Position numbers and translations under genes: made by a program. Positions 1-21,344 of a stretch of 64,000 nt of DNA are shown here, in pieces (the stretch's first letter is position 1; every line of letters starts with the position of its first letter). The notes beneath the pieces were generated by a model, which made no database searches, was not told the origin of the DNA, and was given only the letters and a program-made list of their open reading frames with translations. This stretch comes from Trichosphaerium sp. ATCC 40318 (lineage: Eukaryota; Protista; Tubulinea): the NCBI GenBank assembly GCA_038496445.1, contig JALMLS010000315.1, positions 117,616 through 181,615 of the forward strand. Reading direction: 5' to 3'.

Positions 1-32
1 TCAAGGAGTCTGACACCCCTAACACATTTCAG

Positions 33-1287
33 TCATAACTGGTCGCAAAACAAGAATGTCAAACAATAATGATGTAACTCACCTATATGAAACTTTGATT
101 CAACGCTGAGGTTGAATTTGAGTTGGGTCTTTGGAAAATACTTGATTATTTTTCCAGGTTTTTCCGTTATAATCACGTGACCCTTATTATCTATTCCGAA
201 TTTCACGTATCCTGACCCTTTACTACTTGAATGGATAACTTCGGAAAAACCGTTTGGGTAAATCCGACGAACACAAGGAAGTGGATTGTCATCTTTAAAA
301 TAAACGCTTCCATCTTTTCCCCTTAGTGTGGTGTTAAGATCACACGTAAGCCTTGAATGAAACATTCTCAACGTACATTGTAATGTCTGAAGGGAAATAT
401 AAGCTGGCTGGATGATAAACCTTTGTTCTAGAAGGTTTGCCAGAAATAACTTGGGAAGTATTATCGCTCAATGAAATCTTATGTACGCAATGATTAAGGC
501 TATCTGTAGCAAACAGGATAGTCTCATTTTGAGAGAAGCAAAGTGATTTAAATCTCACGCCTTTAAGAGGAGCATGGTTGATAACTATGGTAGACACTGT
601 TCTCTTTGTAGTGTCGATGAACCTCACTTTACGATTATCCACATCTGTTATCTATCATTTGATGTTAATAAAACAACACATTATTTCTAACGTGTACATA
701 TAGGTTATCATCTTTGTCAACAGCACAATGGTAAGGGCTTTTGAACTTGGCAACTTCAAATGAACCGTCAGCAAATCCTTTTTCTCCTCTGGCGATAGGT
801 AAGCGAATAAACGAGTTGGCAGAGTTAATAAAGTACCCAAGGTTTATGTCCAATGTATTGTTGTCTGTGTCGTATCTGACAATCTTGTTAGTATTCAATG
901 ACACCCCTATTATCTATGCATTCATGTTTAGAAGTTAGTAGTGGCGTTGCGTACTCTTCCTTTTGAATCGGTTGTAATTGTGTTTGGTTTTATAGCTGTA
1001 ACGGCTTTAGGTAACTTCCCTACCTTCTCAGTGCGATATACACGGTAAATAGCCTTTTTTTGTTATTAGTGGCAGTAAAGAGGATCGAACAGTACCTTAC
1101 CTTCGTCTGTCGCTTTAATTATGTCGCTAAACCGTTTACACACGTAAGTTGGCGTTAAAAAGTCTTTCCCTTGAATGAATTGAAATACGCTCGTAAGCAC
1201 TTCATTGGGAAGATCCCACAATGGAGAGTTTGAATTCTCAATACTAGGATAGCTAAAATAGCCTGTAATTTGCTTCACCACATTCAT
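33..1287 (-). CDS. F-box protein with C-terminal NHL-repeat beta-propeller (5 exons)
   Basis: F-box motif LWDLPNEVLTSVFQFI...VCKRF. NHL-like repeats GFADGSFEVAKFKSPYHCAVD..NLYITD and LFATDSLNHCVHKI. Four GT-AG introns join the ORF fragments in frame. Confidence 0.8.
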
Positions 1288-1404
1288 TCGGTTATGCTAC
1301 GAGTGCGTTGGTTCAATTATACTGGTAATCGCTTTAATTTAAGTAAGTATCCATGGCTGTTAAGACAATTTAAGAAAAAAGGGTAACTGCCGGCGCCTTC
1401 GCCT

Positions 1405-10764
<9,360 letters not shown>

Positions 10765-11041
10765 ATAAAATTAATAATACAAACATAGACAGACAGCAAC
10801 GACACTACTACCCCTTAGTCTAAAAAACAATCAAAAATAATATTCCTCAACCACCATTTGTACGCACGTGGGAGTTCCAAAAAACCTCACTTTGCACGTG
10901 TTAGTTGTAATATCTTTCTGTCAGTGCGTTCTCTGAACGCAATTTCCTCGGAAAAACTAGCGGCAATTGAGTACTCCAGTGAAGCACAATTAAGTCCACT
11001 TTTCGGAAGTTGCTCAAATAAACAGCCAGAACTCCTACATA

Positions 11042-12264
11042 ATGACTGAAGAAGCTAAAACAGTTTGGAAATTCGGCTATGGAAGCAATATGAGCCCTAC
11101 AATACTCGCTGATAAAAAAAACGTTAACATTGTTAGTTGGGCAGCTGCTACAGTTAAAGATTGGATTTTAGCGTTCAATCAAGGGCCTGGGAACGTTTTA
11201 GGTACGCGTAACACGCGAAATCGGTGAACTTATACGCTAAGTCGATCCTTGCTTCGCAAACATTGTCTTTAGCCCAGGAGATACTGTACACGGTGTATTG
11301 GTGCGAAAGCAGATTCAAGTCAAACTCGATTGTTAACAAGAGTCAAAAGGTTGAGCTGACCAAAAAAGATGCTGATCGCCTTGACGAAGAAGAAGGTGGA
11401 GGCAAGTATTACACCTGCGAAAAGGTGCAAGCAACCACCTACGATGGTAGATCAATACAAGCAGAGGTACTAAACAACGTGCACGTGAAAGCGTGGTGAA
11501 ATCTACGTCATTTTCGATGGCGCTTTATTGACTTAATCAAAGGCGTATATCAACTTGAAGAAAACAATTCCTCTTCGTATTGGGATATACCCGTCAAAGA
11601 GATACCTGGATTTACTATTACTTGGTGCCAGAGAATGCAAGTTAGACCCAGGTATGTTGGATTATTTGAAAGATATTTACATTGGTAAAATGTGTTTAGA
11701 ATATATTGAGCTACTGGAGAGACATCCACACTATGTTCCTTCATCGTCTACCCTTAAAAAGAGAGAAGCAATTCCACCTTTAAAAACCCTTAAAAAAATG
11801 AGTATCGCTGACCTCAAGGCAAGAGATGGTACCAATGACAAGTATGATCTACACATATGTGTTGTACGCACCTTTTAGTTTTTTTTTCTTTTTTGGTTAG
11901 ATGGTTAAATCGTTTTTTTATTCAGCTGGGACATATCATTAAGACGAAAAAAGGAGCATGGGTTTGGAACATGGAAAAGGGTCGTGACGCTACAAGACGT
12001 GGCTTGCTTCACTTCAGAGGCATGTCCATGGATACTCACGATAGCGATGCACGACCATTCCCAATCGTTGCATCATTTACACCGGAGGAAAAAGAATATT
12101 TAATGTGCGTCAAACATTGTTTACTCTCGTTGTTATCTAGTTGTCTAACTACACAAAGGCAAAAATTAGATACTGCACTCTCCAAAGGAGAACTAGTAGG
12201 TTACCTGGTTGAATTTCAAGAGGATCAAGAACTTCAACCAAGTGTGGGTGATTACAAAAAATAG
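11042..12264 (+). CDS. Gamma-glutamylcyclotransferase-like domain fused to a MAPR/cytochrome b5-like domain
   Basis: N-terminal FGYGSNM, VHGVL, LDEEEG and PSKRYL motifs (GGCT). C-terminal MSIADLKARDG...ICVLGHII...GRDATR...LVGYL (MAPR/PGRMC-like). Six introns give one frame. Confidence 0.8.
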
Positions 12265-12671
12265 TATGATCTGATGGCGCTCCAGTACGCTCCTACCTTA
12301 TCACATGGTTGAAATGACAATCGCTAACTGGAATTCGCCACTGTAGGAGCTAGCAAACTGTGGTTACAAGTGGAAACAGTAACTAAAAACACAAAAATAA
12401 AGCGAATTTTTTGGTTGTGAAGATTGTACGGCTAAAATGTGTCACGTGTTTGTAGAAAAAGTTGTCCTTCAATAGACAAAAGAACCCTTTTAGAGCATAC
12501 TAAGACATTTGGCTGTTATGTCAGGTAGCGAGCAAAACTGTGTTAAAGATTTTACCTCAAATAAGTTCATAGTGAGTCTGTAGACTGTGGGTGTTTTATA
12601 GTTTTATTAAGTTTACAAAATTCCATACCGCTAATTAAGTACGGCAGTATTCAACTGTAGTTCCTTAACTA

Positions 12672-13208
12672 TTACTCAAAGTCGGACACGTGATTACTGA
12701 ATGAGTTTGTAGAGTTGCCATACAAGTCATCACGTATCTTGCGTACTGATACTAACCACTTTTTGAAGTAGTAGACAAATATAAAATACATCTCAATAAA
12801 GTATGCAACATAAAATAGTTCAGAGCGCCCATACGCATCCACTACCACTGCACCAATATAGAGGACAGGTAATCGCAAAGAAGCAATCAATACAGAAATA
12901 GAAATTGCTCTTACAGTGAATATCTTTTCGCCGCAGAAAAAACCCTCCGAGACCACAAATGCAAACCCAATAAAAACAATAAAGTTTATAAAGCCCGCTA
13001 ATGCCATGATAGTGAAGATAAAACGATCTTTGACATTATACAACGCTCCGACTGCTGCTGAGTAGTAATGTATTCTAGCAAGCATGATAAAGAATACAAT
13101 ACTTGATATCCAGAACACTGGAAGCGCTATAGACTGCAAAAAGTGAATACTTTCAAATAAACTTATTTGTGTAGCTCTATCCTTTTTACGACCATTCCTA
13201 GACTTCAT
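12672..13208 (-). CDS. Intronless hypothetical multi-pass (~4 TM) membrane protein
   Basis: 178-aa ORF with four hydrophobic segments; no recognised family. Confidence 0.6.
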   Translation of the reverse strand: MKSRNGRKKDRATQISLFESIHFLQSIALPVFWISSIVFFIMLARIHYYSAAVGALYNVKDRFIFTIMALAGFINFIVFIGFAFVVSEGFFCGEKIFTVRAISISVLIASLRLPVLYIGAVVVDAYGRSELFYVAYFIEMYFIFVYYFKKWLVSVRKIRDDLYGNSTNSFSNHVSDFE

Positions 13209-13435
13209 AGTGCCTATTTCGGACTTGTTGTCGTGTTTTTGTTTAAACCAAAGTAATACAGTGAGGCCTTCATTGAAATTAAGTTGACCCGAAACAATTC
13301 AGGTGAAACTTGACTGCTTTTGACAAAAAGATGTTTTTTACAAGGTGTTAATGTTGAATTTTGATTTAAATACTTTACAATAATACTGTACATTTTGTAC
13401 TTTGGGATAAAACCCGTTTTTGTTTTGTGATAGCT

Positions 13436-16400
13436 TTAAGCTTCTTGAGATAATGTGTCTTTAAAAGCTTTAAGACCTTCCAATACCTTTGACATTAGAG
13501 GCCTCTGTTCAGGTTCACCAACCCAACACTCACGTATAAGTGTTTCAATCTCTGATGGACATGTTTGTGGTATAGTAGGTCGTAGGTTATCAGTAATGAT
13601 AGCGGTCTTTACTTCCTACGCTAGTATGAGAAATTGCCAAAGTAAAACACAAAAAAAAAAAAAAAAGAGTCGTGCCTGCATCTTCCACTCTTCAAAAACA
13701 GCAGTGTCACCTTCTAGAATCCAGCCTTGTTTACTCAATGACTCGAGCAAATCTTCATCTGCGAGCTGTTCTGGAGATAGTACTTCCTCCCTTCGTAGCA
13801 GGTATTCCACGTGTTCACCAAATGGATAGTCTCTGACACAAAATGTTAAACCGAAAAAAAAAACTAGTATCGCAATTACCTTGACACCACTTCCCACATG
13901 AGAATTGCAAAGCTGTAAGTATCAGCACGTTCATCGTATTTGACTCGAGTCGACGCTAATATTTCAGGAGCTAGGCATTGAAATGTTTTGAGAGCTTCAT
14001 CAAGAGGAATAGTGGTATACTAAGTACAAAAACATTAATTAGCATTTCGCAACATAAAGGAAATAGAGCAGGTACCTGAGCTAAGCCAAAATCACCAATT
14101 TTGGCAAGAATTTCTGCTCCAGCGTCGAGAGATTGTATCTAAGTTGATATGAGCAAGAACAATGACTAGAAATTTAGTGTATCGTACAAATATGTTAGGA
14201 CTGCGAAGATCTCTGTGAATTATAGGTGGCTTCAGTGTTTGTAAGTAGTTCAATCCGCTTGCAATATCAATCAAGATACGCGTGCGAATATACCAGGTAA
14301 AATCATCGTCAGAGAGATCCTTGTTGTTAAGATGATCATGCAACGATTTGTTTGGAATATACTCCAAGATCATAGAAAAGTGAGGCTTAAACGTCACACC
14401 ATACAACTTTACCAAGTTAGGATGATCCAACATGCTATCGCATATTAGTTTCCAAGACTCAATATGAATAACAGTTACCTCATTACTGACACTTCATGTG
14501 CAAATTCCAAAAATTTTTCAGTGTCAACATCTCCCTTAAGCTGTTTGATTGCAACTTCCTTTTCTCCGTTCATAACACCTTTGTATACAACAGCAAAACC
14601 ACCTTCACCAATGCGCTCCTCGGAAGTTAACTCATTAACTTGCGGTAAATGTACAAACGCAATATCAGGCGCGATAGCCTAAAAACACAACAGTCAACAA
14701 TGATGCCTAAACACATGCTTTGTCCAACGAACCTTTACAGGAATCTCTTGATCCCCAACTTGAATGTTATCTTGACCACCAACGAAGGCCTCTACGACAG
14801 CATCAAGACCAACATCACGGTGAGCACACCGTGCTCCTGTTTCTGGATCCCAATACTCGACTCCAAGCTTCCGAACCATGCGATGACGGATTTGAAAATA
14901 ATACGTCAATAACATGGCGTCCATCTAAACATTTCAAAGAAAATCAGAAAGATCAATCACCTTGAGCTAAATTGGGAAAAACACAAACAAGGACGTACGC
15001 TAGCAATGATCCTAGCAAGAAGAGATCCTCCACTAGGAGGTTTGTGGCCAACAGGTTCATGAATAGTAATATCTACTCCATCTGGGATGATACTTATGAT
15101 ACCGTACTCCTCACCCATTTGAAATAGGATGCCTCGTGACCACGACTGATGGCACACAACATCTGGTATTTGCATACACCGAACAGTCAGACGTGAGAAG
15201 AATCCGTGTGGCAAAAAGTCTACAAGGTAGCTCCGCGTGTATCGTACTACATTCTTTTCTAAGGTATTCAACAACGAGAACTCCTTGCATTGGAGGTTTG
15301 GTTGTTCAGGTAGCAAGCAAGGAACAATGCTAACATCATCATCGCCTTAAAAATGGTAAGTTTCCAGTACCAAAAGAGAAAGAAAAGAAAAAAGAGGTGT
15401 GCATGCTAACCTTTCAATGGGAAAATGACCTCAAACATTTCTAAGAGCTCTAGTAGTTTTGGATGCATCTCTGCAGGGTACTGCTTCCAAATATGCTGAA
15501 GCATGTCGTGTTTTAATAAGCCATTGTCAATCTTGATCTTAAAACTGATCAACGACGACATCACGTTTGCCAACCATTGTGCGTCTAGAATAACGATTTC
15601 ACGGAGTTTAGGCTAATAATACAGTTAGCTTGGAAATGACAGTTTTGTAAATACCGTATTAAACCAAATAAGACTTCCAACATCGTGCATGAACTCTGTC
15701 ATTGTCTCAACACTTTCAGGAATACATTTACACTTGACACATCTCTCTTTGAACTCATCTAATGGCATTGATGTGATCCCTTTGTCTCTGAATGTGGATA
15801 ACATTCTGTCAACCTCCTAAGAACACTGTGAGTTGAACTCTCACGTGAAAAACTATAAAAGAGAAAGGGGAAAAACCCGAGTTATTACGCACAATGTAAA
15901 AGGAAGGCACTTCACGAATAATTGAAGATTGCTTTGTAGCTATTTCTCTTAGGATCTTTCGCACATTACTAATACCTTGTCCAGTTTTTGGAGAACAGAA
16001 TTGCACAGATTTGATATTTGGATAGCGATGTTGATACTTTTTCATCTTTTTTGTTACTTTCTCCACAAACTCTGTTGTGCATTTCGGGTCATCCTAATAA
16101 AACATCATAAGTCATAAAAGCCATGATACAAATAAGTATGTAGGACGTACACGATGTGTGCCAACGAGTACAACAGGTATTAACATATCCAATAATTTTA
16201 CAGTCTTGAGCCAGTATTCCAATCTGGCATTGTCTTCATTCACCATATTGAACACCAACACATAAATACTCCGTCTAGACAGAAAGAACTGATGTGATGG
16301 ATAGAACACCTACACAAACAAGGCATTTAAAAAGGTGCTACATTTCAAAAGGTCGTGCGTACCTCCTGTCCACCAAAATCATAAACTCTGCATTCGCAAG

Positions 16401-19400
16401 TTTTACTTACAGCGATCCTGAAGGTGCACTGTTAAAAATACTCTATTCTAACTAATTGGGTCTCGAAGTAAAAGTTTGACGTACTGTGACATGTCAACAC
16501 CATCTGTGGAGATATTTTTAGGATACTTCTCCTTCTGTAAACGCTTTATCAAGTGCGTTTTTCCAACGTTTTCTTGACCAAGAACAAGCAACTTGAGAAT
16601 ATTCCAAGGAGCAGTACCAGCGTCTATACTAGCCAAGTACTGAAGTAGTTTCTTTGTGTTCTTTTTGAGTATCTCTGGAGGAATAACAAGGAATGGGTTG
16701 TCGCTCACTGACAGCTTTTCAAGGTGTTCAAACGTAGATAACTGCGCAGGCAGCCTTTCAAAAAAAATTAAAGGGATATTTATGATATTGCATGATGATG
16801 AGGGGTACCTTATAAAATTGTTTTTGCTTAGATTAAGCGATTTCAGGCTTGTCAATTTCAGGACCCATTCAGGTACATAAGGTCTTAGACCTAGACCTGA
16901 CAAATCTAGGCGTGTTATATCGTCTACTGGACTTCCAGCGTATAACAAAAATTCAACCCAATCTGACTTTATGTCGTAACTGTTCTTGATGCCATGCAGT
17001 AGTGCACCTCTGGAAAAAAAAATCAATAAACCAATCACCTAGAATCTACACGTACAATGGCGTTCTTCCACTAGAATTTTTAAGCTCTATAGAAGCACCT
17101 TGGTTGATAAGGTATCTAACAACTGGTTTTTTACCAATATCAACTGACTTGGATTGACACACTTAAAATAAAAGCATTAACAACATAACTATATCATCTA
17201 ACAAACGCACCATGATGCAAGGCAGTATTTCCTTTGTTATCAATAGCGTTAACTTTCCCACCACATAAAACAAGATGTTTCAACACCTGTTTTTTACCAG
17301 TAAGGTTAACATAAAAACATCAAGTTTCTCAAAAAACGTACCTCAATTCGTCCGTTCTTAGCCGCTAGAATTAATGGCGTAATGCCATTTTTTCCTTCCT
17401 TGAGTGGTGCTTTCCACTTCAGTAGATCCTGGATTTTTACAGTCACACACGTGCACAGCAAAAACGAAAAAGAGCAAAAAGAAGAAGTGACTTACCTTAA
17501 CAATACCGAGTGATCCCTCTTCGCATGCTTTGCATAGTAATGTGGATCCATCCTCAAGTATCGCAGTAGCGTCTGTTGGATTGAGAGCAAGCAAAGTTCG
17601 GAACATATCTTCGTTTCCATATTTCACAACAAGCGCTAGCGTCTCTGCGGTATCAATGTCGCACCACGTAAAAATTTCCAAGAGCACGTCCACGTGATTT
17701 CCATCAATAGCAACAGAGATTGGAGATTGAGCCTTGTTTCTATTTCAAGAGAATGAGTACTTTAAGTTACAAACTAGTACAACGTACCCGACAGGATCTG
17801 CTCCATACTGTAGCATAAGTTTTACCATTGAAGCTGATCCGTTCTTGCAAGCAAGAAAGAAGGGCGTCATGGCTGTAGATTCATTTACAAGCAATGAAGG
17901 CGCATGAAACTTAAGCAACGAAGCGGCATCTTCAACTTTTTCGGTGTGTACATATTGGATAAACTTGACAACTATGAACAAACATGAGAATAAGATTGTC
18001 AAATAAAAAGTTGTAAATTGTTCTTACCGCCATTGATCAGATGGTCTTGAGTGTGCTTTATCAATTCAAGCAATCCATTCTGGTGCACTACAACATCACA
18101 AAGGAGAATATGCTTGATATCGTTATTGTCCTTTCTCTTGACAATAATCCCGCAAGCACTTTTTGGGATATTCAACGATTTTGTTACTATTTATGTAATT
18201 AACAAAATGTTCTAATAATAGAAGTGATATGCGCACGTGGCTCAGTAGCATCAAGCTCACAAAATATATGATCCTTAAATGTGATCAGTTTTATAAACTT
18301 ATAACTGTTCTCTTGATCTATTAACGGCTCACATATGAGTAAGCTATCATTGAACAAGTGCAAGATTCTGTCCTAATACCTGCATTAATTTTTTTCTTTT
18401 TCATATCCTGAGACATACCGACATTATACCATTCTTGTAGTTCTTCTCTTGGTACCTTTCTGTTTGAAGGAGTCGTCTGCCAGCACATACAACAGATATT
18501 TTCTGCGAAAGCAAGATGTGAGCATAAAACAATAAATGAAGTGGGCTAAGTACATCTGGAATATCCGCTATGTTATCCTGCACAACCAATACTTTGTACA
18601 TGTCTTGAATTGTTGAGAGAAGTGGCTCAGCAAATACAATACACCGTGTATAATAGTCTAAAAAATCATCAAAAGGTGCCTGATTTGCACTTGATTCTGC
18701 TTGTCTGACACTCTATATTTATCACGTGCGTTAGTACATTATTTATATAGCCTTTCAAAAAAGTTCATATGTACCTTGAACAACGCAAATACATCACTGA
18801 AATCAGTGATAACGTTTTTAATTGTACTGAATCCGTTAGACCAGCTTTTATCGCCAAATTCAGGATCATTTCTTAGGAGCTCTTCATATACTTCAAGCGC
18901 TTTTGGATGATTTTGCATATACTTTAGAACATGGGTCACATAATCTTTACCCTGTTAATAGATAGGTCAACACCACGTGCTAAACATAAGCTTAACAAGC
19001 AGCTATACAGTACCTTCGTAACTAAAATATCGTTGATATCAATCACAGCAGAACTGTCAATCTTTTCTTCATTGTAACGAGCAAAACACTGAGTAGCAAA
19101 CTACAAAATGTGTTATAAATAAAATACAAGTGGGATGAAAAGATAAATAATCACGTGACACTTACTTTTCCCATGACATCGCAGAGCTCTGTGACATGAC
19201 GAAGTAGTATTATACGCTTCTTTTTTTTAATATGCAAGTCTCTATCAGATACATGGAGGTGATAAGCCTTATTTCAAGTGAGTAAACGAGATACATGTTT
19301 TTTCAACAAAAAAAAAAAGACATACTTGTGAAAACGTCAATAACTCTCCAAAATTGCGCTGTAAAGTCCAAACAGCCTTGCTAATTCCTTGCGTTCTTGG

Positions 19401-20894
19401 GGATTGTATACGACTAAGTACATTAACCTTATACTCAGCACGGTCAACCTGAGAAAAAAAGAGTGAGTTAAAAACCAGTAGAAGTTTGACTTTTGAGTCA
19501 AAACAAATGTCTAGGACGTACTGTGTCCATGATATGACTTCTGGTAAACACATAAGTGTGATTCTCTTTTATTGAACGTCTAGCATGCTTTGCAGACCCC
19601 TAAGCATTGTAAATCGAAATGGAAAAAACCAAGTCAACACGTGCGCTAACAGCTTTGCTTAAAAATCTTTTTCGACCTTTAGTCTTTTTAAACCCATCTA
19701 AGCTTATACTTTCTCTACGTAATCGTGCGCTAGAATGATTATCCTTTTCCAAAGAACTATGACAAGTTAGATTTATTTGAGACGAATTGCTTATTAAAGA
19801 GCTTACCGAGAACTTTGGCTGCCATCCGCATGCACGGTAAATCGAGCGGATGACCCACTGGCACGTAAATCAGCATTATCTTCTGGAGGACTGAAATCGT
19901 CATCTCGTCGCTTTCCCTTGAAGTACTTCTTTACATGTAACCCACTAAACCGCTTTTTATCCGATTTTTTGGTAACTTCTACAATGTGTCAACTTGAATT
20001 TCACAAAAATGTCAAAAGAAATTACATAATTTCTGCACTAAAAAAGAATCCATCGTATCTGTTCGTACCAATACGTTGGCTTTGTGCGGCCCGTAAGTTT
20101 GTCTTCTTTCGAGGGCTATCTATTGATCTACTAGAATGAGGGGTCGACATGGACCGATAAGATAGGCTGGAAGAGGAATGATCCGGTGTTGTATTGGCTG
20201 TTACATCTTTAACAGGAATAATAGGTAAACTAATCAATTCCTCTGCTGATTTAGACGGAGAACGCGACCGCGAGCGCGATCTCGATTTCGAACGCGATCT
20301 TGATCTAGAACGTGATTTTGAACGCGATTTCTTACGTTTCGATCTAGACCGACTGTTTTGTCTTCTCGGTGACTTTTGTGCGTCATTGAGACTCGGTGGC
20401 GCTGAACTACCCTTATCAGCGGTTCTTTGTTCCCATATATTCATCATTTGACTGACTCTACCAGCTACAACGATGTGTCAGTATATTGTCTATTTTAAAA
20501 AAACAGGTGTCGGCAACAGCACGCGATGTTCAAATGGCAAAGGCTACGCACGCGTTATTACTGCGCGAGACGATGATAATTCTTCTTCGGCAGCAGAAGT
20601 CTCAGGAGCAGAGTGAGGTCGCCCACCAGAGCTCTTTGAAGAGTGTTCAACGCCATCTTTGTCTTCTTTTGGAGGTTTTACAATTATCGCCGGGTGTGTG
20701 CTACTGTCACTCTCAGTAAGCTTCCTTGCATCTGTAGCTGATATTTTTTTGGTTTCGGCCTTGTTTGTGGATTTGGTTTGGTGTTTGGGTTTTTTTTTCG
20801 TTATTTTAGAGAGGCGTTTAAGACTCGTGCTCATGCTTCGTTTCTTCTTGGCACGAAAGGACATTTTTGTCGTCGAGGGTGCAGTATTGCTCAT
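13436..20894 (-). CDS. Roco kinase 1: basic/RS-rich disordered region, degenerate DH-PH, ankyrin, LRR, ROC GTPase, COR, TKL kinase
   Basis: P-loop GQENVGKT, DFGGQE|VFYPSH, LVGTH; COR LDAQWLA; kinase GEGGFAVVY, VAIK, HRDLRSPN, DFG, APE; ankyrin TPFFLACKNG; PH-like RILHLFNDSLLIC. Confidence 0.9.
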
Positions 20895-21344
20895 CACTAC
20901 TATAATAGGTTAACTTTAGCGCGCCACTAACGTACAATACCAGCATAAAACGTTAACTAAATTGGTTTTGGCCCATGTATCACTACAACCTCGTCTGTAT
21001 TCTCGAGACACGCAGGGATTGCTGTATAAGGAATATACTCAAGTCACAGTGTGCCCTAGCGTATTTCTGCTTGTAGTCACTAGAATTGGAACAATTACGC
21101 GATTTGTACTTTGATCACAATACACAACCGAGATCAAGACAATGGTAACAAAACTACTGCTATTTATGCAATATTAAAGTCAAAAACCGTCAATCTTTAA
21201 ATAAGATTTTAGGCAACTAATGACTCCTTTTTATTTGTACTTTACAATAATACTACAATGACGCGCGTAGAATAATAGTAACGCGTTTCTGTAATGTTGA
21301 ACACTTTATCTTTACAAAATCTCCACATCTCTACAACTAGCACC

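Noticed and set aside
12275-12350. Two interleaved helices (TGGCG/TCCAGT with ACTGGA/CGCCA; GCTCCTAC with GTAGGAGC) just after the GGCT stop, as a pseudoknot, SECIS or ribozyme
   Set aside because: A 2-nt connector makes the pseudoknot sterically implausible, SECIS spacing is wrong, there is no in-frame TGA, and there is no HDV-type core; compatible with chance.
20194-20913. Plus-strand ORFs with RD/ER repeats or hydrophobic runs
   Set aside because: Antisense shadows of the RS- and Lys-rich exons of Roco1.
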